From Eledone cirrhosa (lineage: Eukaryota), in contig OZ024745.1 in NCBI GenBank assembly GCA_964016885.1, positions 2,790,001 to 2,854,000 of the forward strand: a stretch of 64,000 nucleotides of DNA, read 5' to 3'. Shown piece after piece: positions 14,415 to 27,900 of this stretch. The stretch's first letter is position 1. Every line of letters begins with the position of its first letter. Under the pieces are notes generated by a model, which ran no database searches, was not told the origin of the DNA, and worked only from the letters and a program-made list of their open reading frames with translations. The position numbers were made by a program, and so were the translations under genes.

Positions 14415-17400
14415 GGTAGAACCAGTTATATAATTATATAACAGTGTTGGTGGTTCTATGGTAGAACGAGTGATATAATTATATAACAGTGTTGGTGGTT
14501 GTATGGTAGAACGAGTTATATAATTATATAACAGTGTTGGTGGTTGTATGGCAGAACCAGTTATATAATTATATAACAGTGTTGGTGGTTGTATGGTAGA
14601 ACCAGTTATATAATTATATAGCAATGTTGGCGGTTGTATGGTAGAACCAGTTATATAATTATATAACAGTGTTGGTGGTTGTATGGTAGAACCAGTTATA
14701 TAATTATATAACAGTGTTGGCGGTTGTATGGTAGAACCAGTTATATAATTATATAACAGTGTTGGTGGTTGTATGGTAGAACCAGTTATATAATTATATA
14801 ACAGTGTTGGTGGTTGTATGTTAGAACGAGTTATATAATTATATAACAGTGTTGGTGGTTGTATGGTAGAACCAGTTATATAATTATATAACAGTGTTGG
14901 TGGTTGTATGGTAGAACCAGTTATATAATTATATAACAGTGTTGGTGGTTGTATGGTAGAACGAGTTATATAATTATATAACAGTATTGGTGGTTGTATG
15001 GTAGAACGAGTTATATAATTATATAACAGTGTTGGTGGTTGTATGGTAGAACCAGTTATATAATTATATAACAGTGTTGGTGGTTGTATGGTAGAACCAC
15101 TGGTTATATAATTATATAACAGTGTTGGCGGTTGTATGGTAGAACCAGTTATATAATTATATAACAGTGTTGGTGGTTGTATGGTAGAACGAGTTATATA
15201 ATTATATAACAGTGTTGGTGGTTGTATGGTAGAACGAGTTATATAATTATATAACAGTGTTGGTGGTTGTATGGTAGAACCAGTTATATAATTATATAAC
15301 AGTGTTGGTGGTTGTATGGTAGAACCAGTTATATTATTATATAACAGTGTTGGTGGTTGTATGGTAGAACGAGTTATATAATTATATAACAGTGTTGGTG
15401 GTTGTATGGTAGAACCAGTTATATAATTATATAACAGTGTTGGTGGTTGTATGGTAGAACCACTGGTTATATAATTATATAACAGTGTTGGCGGTTGTAT
15501 GGTAGAACCAGCTATATAATTATATAACAGTTGGTGGTAGTTGTATGGTAGAACCAGTGATATAATTATATAACAGTGTTGGTGGTTGTATGGTAGAACC
15601 AGTTATATAATTATATAACAGTGTTGGTGGTTGTATGGTAGAACCAGTTATATAATTATATAACAGTGATGGTGGTTGTATTGTAGAACCAGTTATATAA
15701 TTATATAACAGTGTTGGTGGTTGTATGGTAGAACGAGTTATATAATTATATAACAGTGTTGGTGGTTGTATGGTAGAACCAGTGATATAATTATATAACA
15801 GTGTTGGTGGTTGTATGGTAGAACCAGTTATATAATTATATAACAGTGTTGGTGGTTGTATGGTAGAACCAGTGATATAATTATATAACAGTGTTGGTGG
15901 TGGTATGGTAGAACCAGTTATATAATTATATAACAGTGTTGGTGGTTCTATGGTAGAACGAGTGATATAATTATATAACAGTGTTGGTGGTTGTATGGTA
16001 GAACGAGTTATATAATTATATAACAGTGTTGGTGGTTGTATGGCAGAACCAGTTATATAATTATATAACAGTGTTGGTGGTTGTATGGTAGAACCAGTTA
16101 TATAATTATATAGCAATGTTGGCGGTTGTATGGTAGAACCAGTTATATAATTATATAACAGTGTTGGTGGTTGTATGGTAGAACCAGTTATATAATTATA
16201 TAACAGTGTTGGCGGTTGTATGGTAGAACCAGTTATATAATTATATAACAGTGTTGGTGGTTGTATGGTAGAACCAGTTATATAATTATATAACAGTGTT
16301 GGTGGTTGTATGTTAGAACGAGTTATATAATTATATAACAGTGTTGGTGGTTGTATGGTAGAACCAGTTATATAATTATATAACAGTGTTGGTGGTTGTA
16401 TGGTAGAACCAGTTATATAATTATATAACAGTGTTGGTGGTTGTATGGTAGAACGAGTTATATAATTATATAACAGTATTGGTGGTTGTATGGTAGAACG
16501 AGTTATATAATTATATAACAGTGTTGGTGGTTGTATGGTAGAACCAGTTATATAATTATATAACAGTGTTGGTGGTTGTATGGTAGAACCACTGGTTATA
16601 TAATTATATAACAGTGTTGGCGGTTGTATGGTAGAACCAGTTATATAATTATATAACAGTGTTGGTGGTTGTATGGTAGAACGAGTTATATAATTATATA
16701 ACAGTGTTGGTGGTTGTATGGTAGAACGAGTTATATAATTATATAACAGTGTTGGTGGTTGTATGGTAGAACCAGTTATATAATTATATAACAGTGTTGG
16801 TGGTTGTATGGTAGAACCAGTTATATTATTATATAACAGTGTTGGTGGTTGTATGGTAGAACGAGTTATATAATTATATAACAGTGTTGGTGGTTGTATG
16901 GTAGAACCAGTTATATAATTATATAACAGTGTTGGTGGTTGTATGGTAGAACCACTGGTTATATAATTATATAACAGTGTTGGCGGTTGTATGGTAGAAC
17001 CAGCTATATAATTATATAACAGTTGGTGGTAGTTGTATGGTAGAACCAGTGATATAATTATATAACAGTGTTGGTGGTTGTATGGTAGAACCAGTTATAT
17101 AATTATATAACAGTGTTGGTGGTTGTATGGTAGAACCAGTTATATAATTATATAACAGTGATGGTGGTTGTATTGTAGAACCAGTTATATAATTATATAA
17201 CAGTGTTGGTGGTTGTATGGTAGAACGAGTTATATAATTATATAACAGTGTTGGTGGTTGTATGGTAGAACCAGTGATATAATTATATAACAGTGTTGGT
17301 GGTTGTATGGTAGAACCAGTTATATAATTATATAACAGTGTTGGTGGTTGTATGGTAGAACCAGTGATATAATTATATAACAGTGTTGGTGGTGGTATGG

Positions 17401-17435
17401 TAGAACCAGTTATATAATTATATAACAGTGTTGGT
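14415..17435 (+). repeat. Higher-order tandem duplication, period 1,492 bp (33 monomers)
   Basis: The GGTTCTATG variant base is at 14456/15948, the TATAGCAATG variant matches ORF starts 14624/16116, and CAGCT is at 15509/17001. All offsets are 1,492. Confidence 0.9.
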
Positions 17436-18803
17436 GGTGGTATGGTAGAACCAGTTATATAATTATATAACAGTGTTGGTGGTTGTATGGTAGAACCAGT
17501 TATATAATTATATAACAGTGTTGGTGGTTGTATGGTAGAACCACTGGTTATATAATTATATAACAGTGTTGGTGGTTGTATGGTAGAACCAGTTATATAA
17601 TTATATAACAGTTGGTGGTTGTATGGTAGAACCAGTTATATAATTATATAACAGTGTTGGTGGTTGTATGGTAGAACGAGTTATATAATTATATAACAGT
17701 GTTGGTGGTTGTATGGTAGAACCAGTTATATAATTATATAACAGTGTTGGTGGTGGTATGGTAGAACCAGTTATATAATTATATAACAGTGTTGGTGGTT
17801 GTATGGTAGAACCACTGGTTATATAATTATATAACAGTGTTGGTGGTTGTATGGTAGAACCATTTATATAATTATATAACAGTGTTGGTGGTTGTATGGT
17901 AGAACCAGTGATATAATTATATAACAGTGTTGGTGGTGGTATGGTAGAACCAGTTATATAATTATATAACAGTGTTGGTGGTGGTATGGTAGAACCAGTT
18001 ATATAATTATATAACAGTGTTGGTGGTTGTATGGTAGAACCAGTTATATAATTATATAACAGTGTTGGTGGTTGTATGGTAGAACCAGTGATATAATTAT
18101 ATAACAGTGTTGGTGGTGGTATAGTAGAACCAGTTATATAATTATATAACAGTGTTGGTGGTGGTATGGTAGAACCAGTTATATAATTATATAACAGTGT
18201 TGGTGGTTGTATGGTAGAACCAGTGATATAATTATATAACAGTGTTGGTGGTGGTATGGTAGAACCAGTTATATAATTATATAACAGTGTTGGTGGTTGT
18301 ATGGTAGAACCAGTTATATAATTATATAACAGTGTTGGTGGTTGTATGGTAGAACCACTGGTTATATAATTATATAACAGTGTTGGTGGTTGTATGGTAG
18401 AACCAGTTATATAATTATATGACAGTTGGTGGTTGTATGGTAGAACCAGTTATATAATTATATAACAGTGTTGGTGGTTTTATGGTAGAACGAGTTATAT
18501 AATTATATAACAGTGTTGGTGGTTGTATGGTAGAACGAATTATATAATTATATAACAGTGTTGTTGGTTGTATGGTAGAACCAGTTATATAATTATATAA
18601 CAGTGTTGGTGGTTGTATGGTACAACCAGTTATATAATTATATAACAGTGTTGGCGGTTGTATGGTAGAACCAGTTATATAATTATATAACAGTGTTGGT
18701 GGTTGTATGGTAGAACCAGTTATATAATTATATAACAATGTTGGTGGTTGTATGGTAGAACCAGTTATATAATTATATAACAGTGTTGGTGGTTGTATGG
18801 TAG

Positions 18804-18831
18804 AACCAGTTATATAATTATATAACTGGTT
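18804..18831. repeat. Perfect 28-bp palindrome AACCAGTTATATAATTATATAACTGGTT in a 37-bp deletion monomer
   Basis: An 8-bp deletion (AGTGTTGG) joins TGGTT directly to the 18-bp core, where it pairs with the upstream AACCA. Confidence 0.95.
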
Positions 18832-21800
18832 GTATGGTAGAACCAGTTATATAATTATATAACAGTGTTGGTGGTTGTATGGTAGAACCAGTTATATAAT
18901 TATATAACAGTGTTGGTGGTTGTATGGTAGAACCAGTTATATAATTATATAACAGTGTTGGCGGTTGTATGGTAGAACCAGTTATATAATTATATAACAG
19001 TGTTGGCGGTTGTATGGTAGAACCAGTTATATAATTACATAACAGTGTTGGTGGTTGTATGGTAGAACCAGTTATATAATTATATAACAGTGTTGGCGGT
19101 TGTATGGTAGAACCACTTATATAATTATATAACAGTGTTGGTGGTTGTATGGTAGAACCAGTTATATAATTATATAACAGTGTTGGCGGTTGTATGGTAG
19201 AACCAATTATATAATTATATAACAGTGTTGGTGGTTGTATGGTAGAACCAGTTATATAATTATATAACAGTGTTGGTGGTTGTATGGTAGAACGAGTTAT
19301 ATAATTATATAACAGTGTTGGTGGTTGTATGGTAGAACCAGTTATATAATTATATAACAGTGTTGGTGGTTGTATGGTAGAACCAGTGATATAATTATAT
19401 AACAGTGTTGGTGGTTGTATGGTAGAACCAGTTATATAATTATATAACAGTTGGTGGTTGTATGGTAGAACCAGTGATATAATTATATAACAGTGTTGGT
19501 GGTTGTATGGTAGAACCAGTTATATAATTATATAACAGTGTTGGTGGTTGTATGGTAGAACCAGTTATATAATTATATAACAGTTGGTGGTTGTATGGTA
19601 GAACCAGTGATATAATTATATAACAGTGTTGGTGGCTGTATGGTAGAACCAGTTATATAATTATATAACAGTTGGTGGTTGTATGGTAGAACCAGTGATA
19701 TAATTATATAACAGTGTTGGTGGTTGTATGGTAGAACCCGTGATATAATTATATAACAGTGTTGGCGGTTGTATGGTAGAACCAGTTATATAATTATATA
19801 ACAGTGTTGGTGGTTGTATGGTAGAACCAGTTATATAATTATATAACAGTTGGTGGTCGTATGGTAGAACCAGTTATATAATTATATAACAGTGTTGGTG
19901 GTTGTATGGTAGAACCAGTGATATAATTATATAACAGTGTTGGTGGTTGTATGGTAGAACCAGTTATATAATTATATAACAGTTGGTGGTTGTATGGTAG
20001 AACCAGTGATATAATTATATAACAGTGTTGGTGGTTGTATGGTAGAACGAGTTATATAATTATATAACAGTGTTGGTGGTTGTATGGTAGAACCAGTTAT
20101 ATAATTATATAACAGTGTTGGTGGTTGTATGGTAGAACCAGTGATATAATTATATAACAGTTTTGGTGGTGGTATGGTAGAACCAGTTATATAATTATAT
20201 AACAGTGTTGGTGGTGGTATGGTAGAACCAGTTATATAATTATATAACAGTGTTGGTGGTTGTATGGTAGAACCACTGGTTATATAATTATATAACAGTG
20301 TTGGTGGTTGTATGGTAGAACCAGTTATATAATTATATAACAGTGTTGGTGGTTGTATGGTAGAACCAGTGATATAATTATATAACAGTGTTGGTGGTGG
20401 TATGGTAGAACCAGTTATATAATTATATAACAGTGTTGGTGGTGGTATGGTAGAACCAGTTATATAATTATATAACAGTGTTGGTGGTTGTATGGTAGAA
20501 CGAGTTATATAATTATATAACAGTGTTGGTGGTTGTATGGTAGAACCAGTTATATAATTATATAACAGTGTTGGTGGTTGTATGGTAGAACCAGTTATAT
20601 TATTATATAACAGTGTTGGTGGTTGTATGGTAGAACGAGTTATATAATTATATAACAGTGTTGGTGGTTGTATGGTAGAACCAGTTATATAATTATATAA
20701 CAGTGTTGGTGGTTGTATGGTAGAACCACTGGTTATATAATTATATAACAGTGTTGGCGGTTGTATGGTAGAACCAGCTATATAATTATATAACAGTTGG
20801 TGGTAGTTGTATGGTAGAACCAGTGATATAATTATATAACAGTGTTGGTGGTTGTATGGTAGAACCAGTTATATAATTATATAACAGTGTTGGTGGTTGT
20901 ATGGTAGAACCAGTTATATAATTATATAACAGTGATGGTGGTCGTATTGTAGAACCAGTTATATAATTATATAACAGTGTTGGTGGTTGTATGGTAGAAC
21001 GAGTTATATAATTATATAACAGTGTTGGTGGTTGTATGGTAGAACCAGTGATATAATTATATAACAGTGTTGGTGGTTGTATGGTAGAACCAGTTATATA
21101 ATTATATAACAGTGTTGGTGGTTGTATGGTAGAACCAGTTATATAATTATATAACAGTGTTGGTGGTTGTATGGTAGAACCACTGGTTATATAATTATAT
21201 AACAGTGTTGGTGGTTGTATGGTAGAACCAGTTATATAATTATATAACAGTTGGTGGTTGTATGGTAGAACCAGTTATATAATTATATAACAGTGTTGGT
21301 GGTTGTATGGTAGAACGAGTTATATAATTATATAACAGTGTTGGTGGTTGTATGGTAGAACCAGTTATATAATTATATAACAGTGTTGGTGGTGGTATGG
21401 TAGAACCAGTTATATAATTATATAACAGTGTTGGTGGTTGTATGGTAGAACCACTGGTTATATAATTATATAACAGTGTTGGTGGTTGTATGGTAGAACC
21501 ATTTATATAATTATATAACAGTGTTGGTGGTTGTATGGTAGAACCAGTGATATAATTATATAACAGTGTTGGTGGTGGTATGGTAGAACCAGTTATATAA
21601 TTATATAACAGTGTTGGTGGTGGTATGGTAGAACCAGTTATATAATTATATAACAGTGTTGGTGGTTGTATGGTAGAACCAGTTATATAATTATATAACA
21701 GTGTTGGTGGTTGTATGGTAGAACCAGTGATATAATTATATAACAGTGTTGGTGGTGGTATAGTAGAACCAGTTATATAATTATATAACAGTGTTGGTGG

Positions 21801-22442
21801 TGGTATGGTAGAACCAGTTATATAATTATATAACAGTGTTGGTGGTTGTATGGTAGAACCAGTGATATAATTATATAACAGTTTTGGTGGTGGTATGGTA
21901 GAACCAGTTATATAATTATATAACAGTGTTGGTGGTTGTATGGTAGAACCAGTTATATAATTATATAACAGTGTTGGTGGTTGTATGGTAGAACCACTGG
22001 TTATATAATTATATAACAGTGTTGGTGGTTGTATGGTAGAACCAGTTATATAATTATATGACAGTTGGTGGTTGTATGGTAGAACCAGTTATATAATTAT
22101 ATAACAGTGTTGGTGGTTTTATGGTAGAACGAGTTATATAATTATATAACAGTGTTGGTGGTTGTATGGTAGAACGAATTATATAATTATATAACAGTGT
22201 TGTTGGTTGTATGGTAGAACCAGTTATATAATTATATAACAGTGTTGGTGGTTGTATGGTACAACCAGTTATATAATTATATAACAGTGTTGGCGGTTGT
22301 ATGGTAGAACCAGTTATATAATTATATAACAGTGTTGGTGGTTGTATGGTAGAACCAGTTATATAATTATATAACAATGTTGGTGGTTGTATGGTAGAAC
22401 CAGTTATATAATTATATAACAGTGTTGGTGGTTGTATGGTAG

Positions 22443-22470
22443 AACCAGTTATATAATTATATAACTGGTT
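22443..22470. repeat. Second copy of the perfect 28-bp palindrome (37-bp monomer)
   Basis: Identical to 18804-18831 and copied by the 3,639-bp duplication. Confidence 0.95.
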
Positions 22471-24949
22471 GTATGGTAGAACCAGTTATATAATTATATA
22501 ACAGTGTTGGTGGTTGTATGGTAGAACCAGTTATATAATTATATAACAGTGTTGGTGGTTGTATGGTAGAACCAGTTATATAATTATATAACAGTGTTGG
22601 CGGTTGTATGGTAGAACCAGTTATATAATTATATAACAGTGTTGGCGGTTGTATGGTAGAACCAGTTATATAATTACATAACAGTGTTGGTGGTTGTATG
22701 GTAGAACCAGTTATATAATTATATAACAGTGTTGGCGGTTGTATGGTAGAACCACTTATATAATTATATAACAGTGTTGGTGGTTGTATGGTAGAACCAG
22801 TTATATAATTATATAACAGTGTTGGCGGTTGTATGGTAGAACCAATTATATAATTATATAACAGTGTTGGTGGTTGTATGGTAGAACCAGTTATATAATT
22901 ATATAACAGTGTTGGTGGTTGTATGGTAGAACGAGTTATATAATTATATAACAGTGTTGGTGGTTGTATGGTAGAACCAGTTATATAATTATATAACAGT
23001 GTTGGTGGTTGTATGGTAGAACCAGTGATATAATTATATAACAGTGTTGGTGGTTGTATGGTAGAACCAGTTATATAATTATATAACAGTTGGTGGTTGT
23101 ATGGTAGAACCAGTGATATAATTATATAACAGTGTTGGTGGTTGTATGGTAGAACCAGTTATATAATTATATAACAGTGTTGGTGGTTGTATGGTAGAAC
23201 CAGTTATATAATTATATAACAGTTGGTGGTTGTATGGTAGAACCAGTGATATAATTATATAACAGTGTTGGTGGCTGTATGGTAGAACCAGTTATATAAT
23301 TATATAACAGTTGGTGGTTGTATGGTAGAACCAGTGATATAATTATATAACAGTGTTGGTGGTTGTATGGTAGAACCCGTGATATAATTATATAACAGTG
23401 TTGGCGGTTGTATGGTAGAACCAGTTATATAATTATATAACAGTGTTGGTGGTTGTATGGTAGAACCAGTTATATAATTATATAACAGTTGGTGGTCGTA
23501 TGGTAGAACCAGTTATATAATTATATAACAGTGTTGGTGGTTGTATGGTAGAACCAGTGATATAATTATATAACAGTGTTGGTGGTTGTATGGTAGAACC
23601 AGTTATATAATTATATAACAGTTGGTGGTTGTATGGTAGAACCAGTGATATAATTATATAACAGTGTTGGTGGTTGTATGGTAGAACGAGTTATATAATT
23701 ATATAACAGTGTTGGTGGTTGTATGGTAGAACCAGTTATATAATTATATAACAGTGTTGGTGGTTGTATGGTAGAACCAGTGATATAATTATATAACAGT
23801 TTTGGTGGTGGTATGGTAGAACCAGTTATATAATTATATAACAGTGTTGGTGGTGGTATGGTAGAACCAGTTATATAATTATATAACAGTGTTGGTGGTT
23901 GTATGGTAGAACCACTGGTTATATAATTATATAACAGTGTTGGTGGTTGTATGGTAGAACCAGTTATATAATTATATAACAGTGTTGGTGGTTGTATGGT
24001 AGAACCAGTGATATAATTATATAACAGTGTTGGTGGTGGTATGGTAGAACCAGTTATATAATTATATAACAGTGTTGGTGGTGGTATGGTAGAACCAGTT
24101 ATATAATTATATAACAGTGTTGGTGGTTGTATGGTAGAACCAGTGATATAATTATATAACAGTGTTGGTGGTGGTATGGTAGAACCAGTTATATAATTAT
24201 ATAACAGTGTTGGTGGTTGTATGGTAGAACCAGTTATATAATTATATAACAGTGTTGGTGGTTGTATGGTAGAACCACTGGTTATATAATTATATAACAG
24301 TGTTGGTGGTTGTATGGTAGAACCAGTTATATAATTATATAACAGTTGGTGGTTGTATGGTAGAACCAGTTATATAATTATATAACAGTGTTGGTGGTTT
24401 TATGGTAGAACGAGTTATATAATTATATAACAGTGTTGGTGGTTGTATGGTAGAACCAGTTATATAATTATATAACAGTGTTGGTGGTTGTATGGTACAA
24501 CCAGTTATATAATTATATAACAGTGTTGGTGGTTGTATGGTAGAACGAGTGATATAATTATATAACAGTGTTGGTGGTTGTATGGTAGAACGAGTTATAT
24601 AATTATATAACAGTGTTGGTGGTTGTATGGCAGAACCAGTTATATAATTATATAACAGTGTTGGTGGTTGTATGGTAGAACCAGTTATATAATTATATAA
24701 CAGTGTTGGCGGTTGTATGGTAGAACCAGTTATATAATTATATAACAGTGTTGGTGGTTGTATGGTAGAACCAGTTATATAATTATATAACAGTGTTGGC
24801 GGTTGTATGGTAGAACCAGTTATATAATTATATAACAGTGTTGGTGGTTGTATGGTAGAACCAGTTATATAATTATATAACAGTGTTGGTGGTTGTATGT
24901 TAGAACGAGTTATATAATTATATAACAGTGTTGGTGGTTGTATGGTAGA

Positions 24950-27900
24950 ACCAGTTATATAATTATATAACAGTGTTGGTGGTTGTATGGTAGAACAGGT
25001 TATATAATTATATAACAGTGTTGGTGGTTGTATGGTAGAACGAGTTATATAATTATATAACAGTATTGGTGGTTGTATGGTAGAACGAGTTATATAATTA
25101 TATAACAGTTTTGGTGGTTGTATGGTAGAACCAGTTATATAATTATATAACAGTGTTGGTGGTTGTATGGTAGAACCACTGGTTATATAATTATATAACA
25201 GTGTTGGCGGTTGTATGGTAGAACCAGTTATATAATTATATAACAGTGTTGGTGGTTGTATGGTAGAACGATTTATATAATTATATAACAGTGTTGGTGG
25301 TTGTATGGTAGAACGAGTTATATAATTATATAACAGTGTTGGTGGTTGTATGGTAGAACCACTTATATAATTATATAACAGTGTTGGTGGTTGTATGGTA
25401 GAACCAGTTATATTATTATATAACAGTGTTGGTGGTTGTATGGTAGAACGAGTTATATAATTATATAACAGTGTTGGTGGTTGTATGGTAGAACCAGTTA
25501 TATAATTATATAACAGTGTTGGTGGTTGTATGGTAGAACCACTGGTTATATAATTATATAACAGTGTTGGCGGTTGTATGGTAGAACCAGCTATATAATT
25601 ATATAACAGTTGGTGGTAGTTGTATGGTAGAACCAGTGATATAATTATATAACAGTGTTGGTGGTTGTATGGTAGAACCAGTTATATAATTATATAACAG
25701 TGTTGGTGGTTGTATGGTAGAACCAGTTATATAATTATATAACAGTGATGGTGGTTGTATTGTAGAACCAGTTATATAATTATATAACAGTGTTGGTGGT
25801 TGTATGGTAGAACGAGTTATATAATTATATAACAGTGTTGGTGGTTGTATGGTAGAACCAGTGATATAATTATATAACAGTGTTGGTGGTTGTATGGTAG
25901 AACCAGTTATATAATTATATAACAGTGTTGGTGGTTGTATGGTAGAACCAGTGATATAATTATATAACAGTGTTGGTGGTGGTATGGTAGAACCAGTTAT
26001 ATAATTATATAACAGTGTTGGTGGTGGTATGGTAGAACCAGTTATATAATTATATAACAGTGTTGGTGGTTGTATGGTAGAACCAGTTATATAATTATAT
26101 AACAGTGTTGGTGGTTGTATGGTAGAACCACTGGTTATATAATTATATAACAGTGTTGGTGGTTGTATGGTAGAACCAGTTATATAATTATATAACAGTT
26201 GGTGGTTGTATGGTAGAACCAGTTATATAATTATATAACAGTGTTGGTGGTTGTATGGTAGAACGAGTTATATAATTATATAACAGTGTTTGTGGTTGTA
26301 TGGTAGAACCAGTTATATAATTATATAACAGTGTTGGTGGTGGTATGGTAGAACCAGTTATATAATTATATAACAGTGTTGGTGGTTGTATGGTAGAACC
26401 ACTGGTTATATAATTATATAACAGTGTTGGTGGTTGTATGGTAGAACCATTTATATAATTATATAACAGTGTTGGTGGTTGTATGGTAGAACCAGTGATA
26501 TAATTATATAACAGTGTTGGTGGTGGTATGGTAGAACCAGTTATATAATTATATAACAGTGTTGGTGGTGGTATGGTAGAACCAATTATATAATTATATA
26601 ACAGTGTTGGTGGTTGTATGGTAGAACCAGTGATATAATTATATAACAGTGTTGGGGGTGGTATGGTAGATCCAGTTATATAATTATATAACAGTGTTGG
26701 TGGTTGTATGGTAGAACCAGTTATATAATTATATAACAGTGTTGGTGGTTGTATGGTAGAACCAGTGATATAATTATATAACAGTGTTGGTGGTTGTATG
26801 GTAGAACCAGTTATATAATTATATAACAGTGTTGGTGGTTGTATGGTAGAACCAGTGATATAATTATATAACAGTGTTGGTGGTGGTATGGTAGAACCAG
26901 TTATATAATTATATAACAGTGTTGGTGGTGGTATGGTAGAACCAGTTATATAATTATATAACAGTGTTGGTGGTTGTATGGTAGAACCAGTTATATAATT
27001 ATATAACAGTTGGTGGTTGTATGGTAGAACCAGTTATATAATTATATAACAGTGTTGGTGGTTATATGGTAGAACGAGTTATATAATTATATAACAGTGT
27101 TGGTGGTTGTATGGTAGAACGAGTTATATAATTATATAACAGTGTTGGTGGTTGTATGGTAGAACCAGTTATATAATTATATAACAGTGTTGTGGTTGTA
27201 TGGTAGAACCAGTTATATAATTATATAACAGTGTTGGCGGTTGTATGGTAGAACCAGTTATACAATTATATAACAGTGTTGGTGGTTGTATGGTAGAACC
27301 AGTTATATAATTATATAACAGTGTTGGCGGTTGTATGGTAGAAGAAGTTATATAATTATATAACAGTGTTGGTGGTTGTATGGTAGAACCAGTTATATAA
27401 TTATATAACAGTGTTGGTGGTTGTATGGTAGAACCAGTTATATAATTATATAACAGTGTTGGCGGTTGTATGGTGGAACCAGTTATATAATTATATAACA
27501 GTGTTGGTGGTTGTATGGTAGAACCAGTTATATAATTATATAACAGTATTGGCGGTTGTATGGTAGAACCAGTTATATAATTATATAACAGTGTTGGTGG
27601 TTGTATGGTAGAACGAGTTATATAATTATATAACAGTGTTGGTGGTTGTATGGTAGAACGAGTTATATAATTATATAACACTGTTGGTGGTTGTATGGTA
27701 GAACCAGTTATATAATTATATAACAGTGTTGGTGGTTGTATGGTAGAACCAGTTATATAATTATATAACAGTGTTGGTGGTTGTATGGTAGAACCAGTTA
27801 TATAATTATATAACAGTGTTGGTGGTTGTATGGTAGAACGAGTTATATAATTATATAACAGTGTTGGTGGTTGTATGGTAGAACGAGTTATATAATTATA

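Larger units (their letters stand above)
16720..24130 (+). repeat. Higher-order tandem duplication, period 3,774 then 3,639 bp (second copy lacks 3 monomers)
   Basis: CAGCT is at 17001/20775 (offset 3,774). The 37-bp monomer palindrome at 18804/22443 and the identical ORFs at 18415/22054 have offset 3,639. The difference is 135 = 3 x 45. Confidence 0.87.
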
